A stretch of 39,162 nucleotides of DNA, from the NCBI GenBank assembly GCA_002633005.1, contig NMRA01001215.1, positions 1 to 39,162 on the forward strand, in the 5' to 3' direction. The notes beneath the pieces are model-generated. The model saw only the letters and a list, made by a program, of their open reading frames with translations. It ran no database searches and had not been told where the DNA came from. This document shows positions 12,301-22,746 of the stretch, one piece after another (position 1 is the stretch's first letter; each line of letters starts with the position of its first letter). A program made the translations under genes and the position numbers. The DNA is from Phoronis australis (taxonomy: Eukaryota > Animalia > Phoronida).

Positions 12301-14503
12301 GCTTACGTTACTACGCCAAAAAATTGAAATTTTCGTTTCAATGGTTATGGTTACAGATGTTCTGTATGTGGCTACGGAATATGCTGCGAACGGGAACCTA
12401 CGGATACTTCTCAGAAACAGTCGCAAGGACTCTGAATATGCCAATGTTGGCACAACGACAACTTTTAGTGAGAAACAGTTGCTGCAGATGGCGCTAGATG
12501 TTTCCCTGGGAATGAAGCATCTTGCTGCTCTTAAGGTAGACAATCAGGAATGTGGTTTGATTGTAGTTTGAGCATTATATGTTACTGAAGAAAAACGACA
12601 GAAATCTGGATGCATGTAAATCCAAGAATATTTTGACTTAACGAGATTTAAGGCCAGCACCCGTGAATTAGAAAATCATCCGTTATACTCGGTATGTAAT
12701 AGGTACTACTTTAACATGATTGTATCGGTTTAAACAATTTGTTCTGAATGAGATGTGACCAGTCAGTTTGATTTAAAAAAAAAATGTAGATGATTTTCGA
12801 TATGCATGTATCTTTAAATTCCTATTTGCGTCGATGCTCATAGTGGCAGCAAAATAAATGTCCTATCGTGGTAAGAGACTTGTGGGTCTTATTTTGTAGC
12901 TTTGAAACCAGGGCTTAATCATAGTTACAGTGATGTGTCTAAGTAAACGAAATGCCATTTAAAAGTTGAATGAAGTTCATGCATTCGTTGTTGAGAACGG
13001 TGTCGGTACTATTGAGAGTTTTATTTTTCGATTGTGTATCTTTTGCTTTATGCAAACACGAACCCTTTTTTATGAAATATTGCTGTTGCAGATAATTCAC
13101 CGTGACCTTGCTGCAAGAAACATCTTGGTCAGCGAAGACTGGACTGCGAAAATATCTGACTTTGGGCTCAGCAGAAATGAAGACATCTACGTGAAACAAA
13201 CCCAGACGAGATTACCGATACGGTGGATGGCGCCTGAGTCGCTCTTCAACCATTCTTACAGTACAAAAAGTGACGTGTACGCCGTTCTTAATTGGTTATA
13301 TCCGGGGACTTCATTGAGTCTCGTATCCAATGTTTCTAAAGTTATTCACAGAAACCTTTCGGTGTTTCACAAGACCGTCGTTTCGGCTTCAAAATCACAA
13401 ATATCTGTTTGAAGGATTGGAGAATTTGTGTGTTGTTTGGATTTCTAACGATATCATGTTTATACATAGACGAGTACATTTTCAGGTGGTCCTTTGGAAT
13501 TCTGCTGTGGGAGATCGTGACATTAGGTAAGCTTTCCAAATATTTTCATATAGCAACATTTGCAGCATCTTGACACCATAATTTCCATTTAATGTTTTTG
13601 TTGTCAGTTAAACATGGTTGTCATTTTTCATGCATCGTGGATTTGCCTATATTCTGTATAACTATTAGTGTCATCCATCAAAAATACTACCATACATTGC
13701 ATGATTTAATTAATAAACTAGCCACACAGCTGATTTCCTTGCGTACGTCTACATGTATGAAGTTACTTTGTGATTCATGGTTGTGCAAACCAAAAAATTA
13801 TTAAGTAACCTGTGATATACATGTACTCTGTAGATATAATCAAAAAACTTGCAATATGAGTGCCGCATCAACGTTGACGTGTTTTCCACCACCACTTAAA
13901 GACTGCACCTGGGTGTGTGTTTCAGGAGGAACGCCTTACAGTGGAATATGCAGCAGGGACCTCCTGGTTATGCTCGAGACCAACTACAGGATGCCTCAGC
14001 CTTGTAACTGCAGTGACGACATGTAAGTAGATGCTTCCTGTGGCACAGGAAGTTACGCCTTGACTGGGATAGTGATTTAGCATTGTGGGATATATAAACA
14101 CTTCGTGAGTCTGAGTCTTCGGCTATGCGATTTTAATGTGATCAGTGCACGCAATCCATAGGACCAGTTTAGATATGACTTACAAGAGTGCCTTGCACGT
14201 CCGAGCGACAGTCTTTAGAGTTTTGATTTAAAACTTTGACGAAGACCCTACGAAATAAAGAGAAGTTAGGCCTACGTGGATCACTCTAGTTGACGTTACT
14301 TATATAAACTCCTTTTTGTCACTCTCCATAGATACGGTTTGATGACATCATGCTGGAGCAAAGCCCCCTCTCAGCGGCCGTCGTTCAATATCCTGGTAGC
14401 CATGTTAGAAGATATGTTACTTCAGAGGAAGACATATATTTCTGTGACGTGTGGAAACGATTTCTTATACGAAACCATCGACACAGTGAAGGACAACCAA
14501 TAG
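300..14503 (+). CDS. Tie-like: Tie-like receptor tyrosine kinase, 5'-partial spliced gene (13 exons in window)
   Basis: Exons join in frame with GT-AG sites. Motifs: [46 protein letters not shown] (Tie2: [28 protein letters not shown]), tail RKTYISV..FLYETID (Tie2: RKTYVNT..FTYAGID). Strict orthology not established. Confidence 0.9.
931..1039 (+). CDS. RTK exon: transmembrane helix ([26 protein letters not shown])
   Basis: ttccggacag acceptor, gtaagt donor, phase 1 to 2; long uncharged hydrophobic run followed by basic KKRR across the splice. Confidence 0.88.
1588..1652 (+). CDS. RTK juxtamembrane exon 1 ([21 protein letters not shown])
   Basis: tttttcag / gtaagg, phase 2 to 1; supplies the stop-transfer basic cluster. 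Confidence 0.82.
1819..1891 (+). CDS. RTK juxtamembrane exon 2 ([24 protein letters not shown])
   Basis: tttttttag / gtaagg, phase 1 to 2, open in the required frame. Confidence 0.65.
2280..2329 (+). CDS. RTK juxtamembrane exon 3 ([16 protein letters not shown])
   Basis: Long pyrimidine tract plus cgcag, gtaagt donor, phase 2 to 1, open in the required frame. Confidence 0.55.
2397..2473 (+). CDS. RTK juxtamembrane exon 4 ([25 protein letters not shown])
   Basis: ttaacag / gtaaga, phase 1 to 0, matching the phase-0 start of exon 8301. Confidence 0.7.
2813..3140. repeat. Tandem array of a palindromic 14-16 bp unit AAAACTTAAGTTTT
   Basis: Directly visible; many consecutive copies of the CTTAAG core. 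Confidence 0.95.
4032..4523. mobile_element. Probable MITE nested in the 5.4 kb element
   Basis: Imperfect inverted ends tagggcgtttca / tgaaagggctcta; recurring internal gttaacttcg-like motif. Confidence 0.35.
5834..6007. mobile_element. Short GC-rich MITE (hAT-type CAG...CTG-like ends, ggcggatccag family)
   Basis: caggggcgg..ggcggatccagga at left, ctgaatccaccattg at right; TSD not clear. Confidence 0.5.
8030..8220. repeat. Second AAAACTTAAGTTTT array
   Basis: Same unit, with degenerate copies extending back to about 7930. Confidence 0.93.
8301..8514 (+). CDS. RTK exon: distal juxtamembrane, Gly-rich loop and catalytic Lys
   Basis: ttgttccag / gtaagt; W.IP...[14 protein letters not shown]...VALKRL. 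Confidence 0.92.
8868..8978 (+). CDS. RTK kinase exon: alphaC helix to subdomain IV
   Basis: ttttag / gtaatg; [31 protein letters not shown] resembles Tie [29 protein letters not shown]. Confidence 0.93.
9003..9230 (+). repeat. Dispersed repeat, copy 1 (related to 26017-26232 and more weakly 6750-6870)
   Basis: Shared blocks gaaaaaagtagaaa..agacaa...tccactaaaa..tcaaaat.gt.cg..tgc..agctctgca..taggct.tgcgctc. Confidence 0.65.
9579..12209 (-). mobile_element. Degenerate, internally deleted Sola3-like DNA transposon in an RTK intron
   Basis: TTAA|GAGCAATTCTATGTAAAAACC at left and GGTTTTTATATGGAATCATTC|TTAT at right (imperfect 21-bp TIR, TTAA-like TSD, GAG terminus), enclosing a transposase-like N-terminal ORF. 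Superfamily assigned from recalled terminal signatures. Confidence 0.6.
10977..11405 (-). pseudogene. N-terminal Cys/His-rich fragment of a DNA transposase
   Basis: SE.QLILARA..F...IC..HR..IGL.FR...CC.P.H...VPVS pattern resembles N-termini of large invertebrate transposases; no DDE core follows. Confidence 0.55.
12357..12535 (+). CDS. RTK kinase exon: hinge, short kinase insert, subdomain VIa
   Basis: ttacag / gtagac; [21 protein letters not shown]...[17 protein letters not shown]. Confidence 0.93.
13092..13276 (+). CDS. RTK kinase exon: catalytic and activation loops
   Basis: ttgcag / gtacgc; [34 protein letters not shown]. Confidence 0.96.
13486..13526 (+). CDS. RTK kinase exon: subdomain IX ([13 protein letters not shown])
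   Basis: ttttcag / gtaagc, phase 2 to 1. Confidence 0.95.
13926..14022 (+). CDS. RTK kinase exon: subdomain X ([32 protein letters not shown])
   Basis: tttcag / gtaagt, phase 1 to 2; GGTPY..YRM.QP.NC as in Tie kinases. Confidence 0.95.
14332..14503 (+). CDS. RTK last coding exon: subdomain XI and C-tail, TAG stop
   Basis: ctctccatag acceptor; [18 protein letters not shown]...[25 protein letters not shown]. Confidence 0.94.
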
Positions 14504-14784
14504 TCTAAATACAGCAAGGAAGAACCGTGGAAGACTAATCCATTTTTTAAATTGTATACGATAGATACACTGAATTCTGCATTTCTACACTTCCTATGCT
14601 ACACTATTTCGTGTTGTTTCAGTCCAGTGCCATCTACTGGCATTGGCAATTCATTCCCAGCCGATTCCTGCTTCTGTTTAAAAAAATCTGTAATACCAGA
14701 AATTATGTTGCTCTATTTATATAATATGTAAACATACATGTATGTATGTTTTTAAACGGTATCGGACATGGAGGAAGTACAGCC

Positions 14785-15983
14785 AATTGACCCCACACCC
14801 CGCGACCCTCACGACCCAAGACTGCCAGGTCTCACGATCTACAACCTCCTCGACCCAGTCCACACAACCTCGACTAGCTCTGGACATAGATTAAGCGCTG
14901 ACTTGCAGGACTAATGAGTTGGGCCGTGAGCTCGGCTGGCGTTTCCCTACTTTTTGCAATTAAGAGAGTCGACTCGGCAATTCTGAAAGGCGAAAGCAGA
15001 ACAAAAACGCGACCAAATCAAATCAAAGACCTCCTAACGTTACAGATGTCGTCCCTTGCAGAAAGTATACGTCGCGGCTACTCTTCAGTGAATGGCAGAT
15101 TCAACCCTTTTTGCGTAAAGTGAAAGGAACCGACAAAACTGCAATTTCATCATTAAATACAGTTTGAAAAAACAAGGTATTTGTTACAAGTATTTCAATG
15201 TTATATGGAGTATATTGTAAACGAGTACATAGTAAAAAGCAAATAATAAATTAAAATGTAAAATTATGTGCATTCACTGTCTCCCTAAATTTAGTAGAAC
15301 TGGGCCATTGGTACACTCTTTCAGTGCTGCCGTGGAATGTTGTTTAACATGGGTTCTTGTTGAATAAAATAATGACACCGACGTCATAACATTCAGTCAT
15401 TCCCATTGGTTGATATCTGGAAACCCCTTTCAGTTTACTGTAAGGCGACCACTTTTGACTTGAATGGTTGCGATGAAGAAAAACAGACAGTGGTCGAATT
15501 GAACAAAATCAAGAAAACACTGATCACATTGGTCAGCCCAGACAAATACAGTGCATAGAATGCGTGAGCAAGTGGTGGCGATATGAGTGATAAACTTCCG
15601 ATCAAGCATGCCCATCGATGACTTAACATGGAATCCCGTTTGTCGTTCATCATGTTTCTACAGGTCCTCTTTTCAGTATAGGTAGCGGTGTGCCAGAGTA
15701 TAGGCCATTGACAGCCGCTCATGGAACTATTTCTGTGACAGCATAGCGCACTCACAATTTGTTATTTCAGATCACCCTCTCACGCCACTTCCAGTTTTTA
15801 ATCACCAGACCTGAGCCTGATCAGACTCGCGTGTAAATATGTTTAATTGGAAAGACACACAGCTACGTAATAAGATTATGAATTATGAAAAGGAGCAAAA
15901 ATACCTCTGTTGCTGTGGGTTGTGGGGTCGAGGTTCGTGGGGATCGTGGGTCGAGGGGGGTGGAGAGTTTTTGAACAGTCCCC
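14785..15983. mobile_element. Unclassified non-autonomous DNA element with short GC-rich subterminal repeats in inverted orientation
   Basis: (c)tcgaccc / cacaacc units at 14785-14875 mirror gggtcgag / ggttgtg units at 15913-15960, ending gaacagtccc; left terminus degraded. Confidence 0.5.
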
Positions 15984-16637
15984 TCTGTTCTGCCCTTCAG
16001 TCATCAGACGCGTTCGGGCAGTCTCGATTAGGTCGCTTAAACTTATCTCATATTCCTTTATTTCTGCATTTAGCAATATCTAAAGTCATCATTTGTTGAA
16101 ATTATCAATACCCTACTCACGTAACTGAAAATCAGTAGCTATAACAATCAAGAAACTCCTAATAGTTTTAATATGATGGCGAATATGAACTTCTCGATCA
16201 CATCCTTGAGGTTATTACCGATTTTTGTATCAAGGTTTTGGGGGTTGTTTCAGTTGTTAAACCATGTTTTTCGGCCACGCGTAAACGGATTACTGTGGAA
16301 TTTCGATCAATCGTTATTTAATACCTTCCACAGGAAATCAAGTGACACCATCTCGATTTGGGTTCTAATTTTTCAACAAAAACACGTTTGTTTAAAAAAA
16401 TGTGCAAGTGTAGACGTGGGAACTTTTTGGAATTTGATTTATAGGTGTACTATTTAGCTATATAGAAAAAAACTAGGTTGCTCCCCCCAAAGTACTCACG
16501 AGCACGAAAGCTATGAGATCTGGCTCACCGACTACAGGGAGTAACTACTAGTCCAAAATTCAATGCGGCTGAATGGGATGAACGGTGAATGATTGCTTTG
16601 TGTAATGTTATATCTACTGTAGTAGTACAAACATCAG

Positions 16638-17038
16638 GGCCCGGTCTCTAATCTTTGTACTCGAAACGAACTCGAAACTATTTTTGGCAATTTCTGTGCT
16701 CCTTTTGTGCGAACTTAAGGTAATTGGTTATCAGACTGTGCTCGAATACATTATAGTTTATGCATAGGAATTTCTAGTTCAAGTTTGCCCTTGAAGACCC
16801 TTATTTTCGTGACACAAACTCGAGTAAAAACTGGAAATTTCGAGTTCAAACTCGAACTTATTGCTTTAATATTGGGTTTACAAACTGTGGACTAAGGGCA
16901 ATAAATTATCTACGTAAGTTATTGTTTACTCGAGCATAAAATAATAGACACTTATCTTGAGTTCGCCCAAAAGTAGAGTAGAAAATGTCAAACCTAATTT
17001 CGAGTTCCATTTCGAGTAAAAAGATTGGAGACCGGGCC
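16638..17038. mobile_element. PIF/Harbinger MITE
   Basis: TIR ggcccggtctc(t/c)aatcttt.tactcgaaa; flanks CAG / CGG (CWG-type TSD with one mismatch); internal ctcga repeats. Confidence 0.82.
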
Positions 17039-19209
17039 CGGGTTGCTCTGCCAAAGCGATATTTTGCGTTTTTATTTTTTAAAAATGCATGTTTTGATAA
17101 ATACATGCTGCCCATCAACATAAAAGTGGCCTTAAACCGTTCCTTAATCATCATTTAGATTCGGAAAGGAATGGCGTGTCATTAATTAAGGTTGTGCTGA
17201 ATAGCTTGTCCTGTCCATGCGTGTAAATTCATGAAGCAATAATGGTATCGAGCAATAATGAACTTTCGAAGCTCAGACCACTTTTTTAATTTGAGTAAGG
17301 AGTTGTTTGGTTCCATGACCTCGAATGTGTTACGACACCACAGGTTAATAACACCGAGTATTTAATTCTTGATATCACATGGGCAAATCACAAAGCAGTG
17401 CAGAGTATAAATCCAAACACCTTACATTTTATAGTCCACAAAACACTGAAATAACCGTTCTAGCATTAATTCACTATATAACGAGTTGGCGAATTTTCCA
17501 CAAACTTATGTTGTGACAGAAGAGCGAGTGTTCCACAAACTCAGTTCGTAAAAGAAGACTTGACACACTGTGTTGATGTGTTTTGACAGTCTCTGATATT
17601 TTCTGGGAAGTGGCTATACTTGGTCTATTGACTGACTTTGGTTTCGATTTCCTTTTAAATAATTCCCGTCTGCGCTTTTTCATGCTTTTATCAATATTTA
17701 GGCTTCATTGGTGAACAAACGTTTGAGCACTGTGCCCAACGGTCACTCACACGCAGGTCTTTCTTCTAACAATGATAGTAATACTTCAGATGGTTCATGC
17801 AGAATTGTTTATTTTTGATAAATTTAAAAAAGCACCAAGACTGCCCTGTGATAAGGATTAGTCGGAGTAGATTCAAGTAATCACTTGACATTTGACAACA
17901 GACAACTGTTCACATTTGACAACAGACAGCACCACAATTGCAATTATAGTTAAATTTTACATGGTGTTACAATTGATTGAATTAGTTGGTTTGACCATTT
18001 GAGATGATCGTTGAAAGTGGGGCAAGCACCTGTCATCGAAACTATGTTGAAGGACAACAGCGGTAGTGGTGGTAAGCAGGTAAGTTTGAGATAACTTGGG
18101 ATTAGTCGGTACAACTTATTTCAACTAAACGTACGACGTACATGTACTCTCAGTGAGAAGGACATGCAAAGAACTTCTTACACGGTCCCATCTTTGGCGG
18201 CGAATCCCATATCCAAGTTTATTCAAACGGAGACAGACCCCAACTCAAGAAACGTTTGACAGCCTGGTTGTTCTGCCTCAAGGCTAATTCACTACTCGCG
18301 CGCGGGAAAGCCTTGCTAACTGTGATTTTTAAACATTTTTTCAAGTTTAAATATTACAACTTCAAAGACTATTTACTAGATTCTAACTTGAATATTTGTT
18401 ACAAAACTTGAATGCAATTTAAAACTGTTCAAGCTTAAAATAAAAATATGAAAACAATGTAACTGAATCAGTTCATGTTGCGCAAGCCTGTTTTTACAAT
18501 AGCTGCGCCATGTAGTTGAAAATTTTATAGACACGACGAATTTTTCGGCAAAGAGGACTGGTCGTTTTGACGTTTCATGCGATTTTGACGAAATTTCCAA
18601 GAGAATTGCCCATGTCATAAACCTGAGACGAATGTAAAATTCTCTATTGGTGTTTCATTAAGCACTCATTTTTGGCAGAACGTGAGTTTGTAGCAGATTG
18701 AAAACTACTGAAAATTTGTTTAAATGTCCTAGTGGTATACCAGTGTAGCCGTGGTGTCATGTGCAGCGTTGTGTTTTTATGTGTTTTGAATGACCGCCGG
18801 TGTCGAGCTGACGGATAGACGTTCGGTTGCTTTGTTTTGAAGTTCCAGTATCGAGAAAAAGGAAAGTTGAATAGATTAAAATACATTTGTTATTTATTAT
18901 TGTCGGCAAAAATTACAACCAATGGTTATGGAAAAGAAAACGGTTGAACATATAATTTTTTTAGTAAAAACCAGGAGACTTGCAACACGTCGCTCATTCT
19001 GATCCAGAACTTGAGGTTGGATCGAATTCAAGACCCTAGGCGGTCCGCCAAAACTACTAGTGCGCGACTTTTTATAGACCAAAATAATGCACGTTAGGAC
19101 GAGTCTAAAACATATGTGACGTTATGGAACTCCCGTATAAGAAGAGTCAACTAAGTAAGTGGCGCGAAACTGTAATTCTATGATTCACAAAGCAAGCAAG
19201 CGCCCGAAA

Positions 19210-20460
19210 CTAGTAAGAGTAACATACCATAAACCAGAATGGTTATTGTCACGGCGCGACAATAATGGACTCTGCGCGTGCGTGTTACTGGAAATGTTAT
19301 GGGAAGTTACTGACAGCACCCCGTTAACCATTAAGAAAAGAATTTTTTTTAAATTGTAGCAGAAATTACATGTTAATATTTTAATGACCTTTCCACTAAT
19401 TGACCTCTTCCGGTGCATTATGAGCCCTTACGAGGGAGTAATGGTAAACTCGATAAAAAGTCTGGCTAATGCTAAGAATCATAGATGTTTTTCTTCAAGC
19501 ACTTCAGAATACAAGATGAATGAATTGGTCAAACTTTCAGAAGAAAAGTGCACTTAATGACCCCATGGATGCACCAAATGACTTGAAAAATTAGAATTCA
19601 AACTCAATCACACTTAGTAAACAGATATGTAAATCAGAAGTCTCTAGCTCAAAATTTTAGTTTGCACTCAATGACCTTTGACCTATTTTTTCTGATTGGT
19701 TAGGCCTATTGCGAAGTGAAGTAGGGTATTTAATTGGCATGTTCACTTACACCTGCGTGCTGAAATTGAAAAGAATTCCTTGAAAAACGTAAGATATAAC
19801 ATTTTGAACGTTACATGAAATTTGCTTTAATTGACCCTATCCGGTGCATTATAAGCGTCTTTAGAATCATTGCAAAGCCCATGGAAAATGTGTTTAACGC
19901 TGAGAATCACAGTTGTCTAACGGTTGACACATAAGAATACTTGGTGATTGAAAATGTCAAATTTTCAGAAGAAAAACGCATCTAATGACCCCATGTTTGC
20001 ACGAAATGTCCTGAAACTTTTGATTCTGATTTGATCTACCTGTGGCAATCAGACCTGTCAATTTGAAGTGTCTAGCTCAAAATTTTAGCTAATGACGTTT
20101 GACCTATTTCACCTGAATGGAAGACCCGATTACTTAAAAAAGTATTTTTTTAAATTGCCTCATTGACTCGTGCCTGTGTACCGAATTTGAAAAGAATAGC
20201 TTTTAAAATAAAGGAGTAACATTTTGAAAATTGCATGACCTTTGCACCAAATGACCTCTCCCGGAGCATTATGGAATATGAATATATAATAAATCAAAAT
20301 TTTTATACTACCTAACATCATATTTTAAATTTACGGAACATACTTGCAACCATTTTGGAGTTAATAAGTGTCAAAGTTGGTCCGAAGAAGAATAAGTATA
20401 AGAATAAAATTGAAGAAAACCCAGGAACAACAGTACTCTGCGCTTACACGCGCAGAGTAA
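19210..20460 (-). mobile_element. Non-autonomous Helitron/Helentron-type (HINE-like) element with internal tandem repeats
   Basis: Perfect 10-bp hairpin tactctgcgc-ttacac-gcgcagagta (20434-20459), adjacent gaagaagaataag microsatellite, about two 420-430 bp core repeats (anchors 19401, 19832, 20252), short hairpin and CTAG at the other end. Confidence 0.78.
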
Positions 20461-20630
20461 TGAGACTGGTTCGAGACAATGATTTCATGAACAATTATAT
20501 CGGGTCTTTATTATGGAATTTTAGTCACTCTGGGGTGTTTAGAATTAAACTGTTGCAACTCAGTCCACAGTAACAGTATTTCTGTCAAAGCCGTCTAGCA
20601 AAATATGTTCAAAAATATGCTAATCTCCAG

Positions 20631-20779
20631 GGCTGTGTTGCATAACATTTCAAAATTATCGGCTGGATAAGTTTGGTCGTTGGATGACGTCTGGTGAATT
20701 GTACAGCAATAAAAACTTGTCAGGTGATAGTGCCACGTCATCGTTGCAAGGAAGCGTATAACGTTTATGCAACTGGGCC
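20631..20779. mobile_element. 149-bp PIF/Harbinger MITE
   Basis: ggctgtgttgcataa ... ttatgcaactgggcc with CAG on both sides. Confidence 0.72.
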
Positions 20780-22300
20780 CAGTTTTACAAATACACGTGT
20801 AAGTGTCGAATTAGTATTGAAGATGCCGCCCAACACCTACCGATTGATGGTTACGGCTTAGTTGAATTAAAATCTTCTATTTTTATGTAACCATTCGTGT
20901 CCTGTTCACATATTTAAAAGGTTTAGTTCATTACATGTTTAACTAATTCAGATATCGGATATGTTCAAATTTCTTGATGTGACATATTCCCCCACACCCA
21001 GTGGATGCATATATACGTTTTCTAAGGTTAATTTATCTCTCGTTCAAGTGGTTTCATTTGTAACATTGATAAATTATCCTGCAAGTAGTGTTACGGAATG
21101 TGAAACCTCACCACGCGGATATTCCCCCGGGACATCAGAGATGCTGTCTCATTAAATCGTGGGTATGCAAACAAAGCACTACTTTAAAAATAACCCCGGA
21201 TCTTCCGGTGTGCCGGAAGCCTTTCAGGAACCAGTTACTGTTACAATCTTGGGAACGTCTCCTTTGTTTTATGTAAATGATTATGGTAATATTCCATCGT
21301 CACCCTAATGAAACGAGGCTGTTAAAAATTGATCAAGTACTATTTCGAAATATTCCATATTCTATGTGTGTGTACTCGTTTTTAGTTGAGGAGTTCTCTT
21401 GAAAACTGGAATATATTTACATATTGTTTCTTTTCCTGATAATGCTGCAGTTCTCCCGCTGGTCTCTGGGTGGCGCTTGGTACAAATTTGAATATTCACG
21501 GTTTTTATGAGACAAAGCATCCATAAGATTACGTATACTCCTAACACCATCACCATGCGTTTTGGAAATATGTAGATTTTCATATGAACCTTGGATAGAG
21601 ACGAAATCCCGTGAAAATGAACAAATGATAACTGATTGACTCGGGTGTGTGTTTGTAGGTTTTGCAATTGTGATATAGTTGATTAGATTGAAATAATGCG
21701 TTCACACAAACCTTGTGTGTTTGTGACAGCCTTTCTAATAGAGGTATTCATCACAAAACAAAACAACTAAAGCCTCATGGGGGTTGCTTTGTGAACATCC
21801 AGTGTGGGGCTAGGAGCATATGTAACCTTAAACGTGGAGATCATCGGCAAAAAGGTTTGCAATCTTGAGATCAAAAAATGGCTGTTTTTAAGAAAACTGT
21901 AATTCCCTATTCGTTTCCCGAAAATCAATACCACTGGAAGCTCAAAAACATGACGTTAATGCATGATCAATTCTTGATTCAGATTTTGGTCTGCGCGACT
22001 ATTTGAGACCAACGTCTACTAGGAATTAGACGTAGCGTCCAAATATGGGAATGGATGGACTTTTCGAGATGTTTGCCGCACATGTGTAGGTTTACCGTAA
22101 GTTTAACAATTTTGATAGACGAGGCAGAAAAGTTGGACGCGTGTTCCATAATCCGAACGTGCACAGATTCAGAAATGAGCTACGATGAACGTACCTTCGT
22201 CACATGTGCATTGTATCATCCGCGTATTTGATGCAAAATGACTTCATAAAATCCGAGATTCCCCAAAACCACTTAGAAGAATGGTGTGTACATCTATACA

Positions 22301-22306
22301 TTTTAT
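22301..22306 (-). promoter_or_regulatory. Candidate polyadenylation signal AATAAA of the Ig gene
   Basis: ttttattt on + strand about 365 nt past the stop, at the end of a U-rich putative 3' UTR; position approximate. Confidence 0.4.
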
Positions 22307-22669
22307 TTCAAATGTTAACGATTGAAGAAATATCAACGTCAACACCAAACGCAAAAAAGTCGTCTAACAAGAAATCCAAAAGGTGTAAATTAACTTGTAG
22401 CCTACATCAATGAATTCGTAAAAAGCAGAACGCCAACACTAAATTCTAATGACAACTAAAACTTTACAACTAACACGTTAACATCAAACATACAAAGGAA
22501 CTTTCACGTTGGTAAAAACAAAACCCGTTATAAAACCAGTACACAAAACGGGCATTTTGATGAAGCCTCCAGAATATAATGCCGAAAAAACTTTGGCCTC
22601 CGATGGTGGAGATATACAGAGTATGCAAACTGCAATTCACACAGAGGCCGTGTGTCGTGCCTTGGAGCT

Positions 22670-22746
22670 TTATCCGGTAGTGTAGCTCATCGCCATCACA
22701 ACGGAGGCTACGCAGGGTAAGAATTTGCTGGCACGGTCAGCTGCCA
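22670..22746 (-). CDS. Ig gene last coding exon (VAADRASKFLPCVASVVMAMSYTTG*)
   Basis: Strong acceptor ccttttacttctacttgcag, phase 1, TAA at 22672-22670. Confidence 0.62.

Noticed and set aside
17150-17800. Possible LINE endonuclease fossil on the minus strand (LSLWNTRS)
   Set aside because: Only one short motif among many stops; cannot be supported without a profile search.
18180-19065. DNA transposon with cac..tttggcgg / ccgccaaa..gtg ends
   Set aside because: Inverted match is short and no TSD is found; plausible but unsupported.
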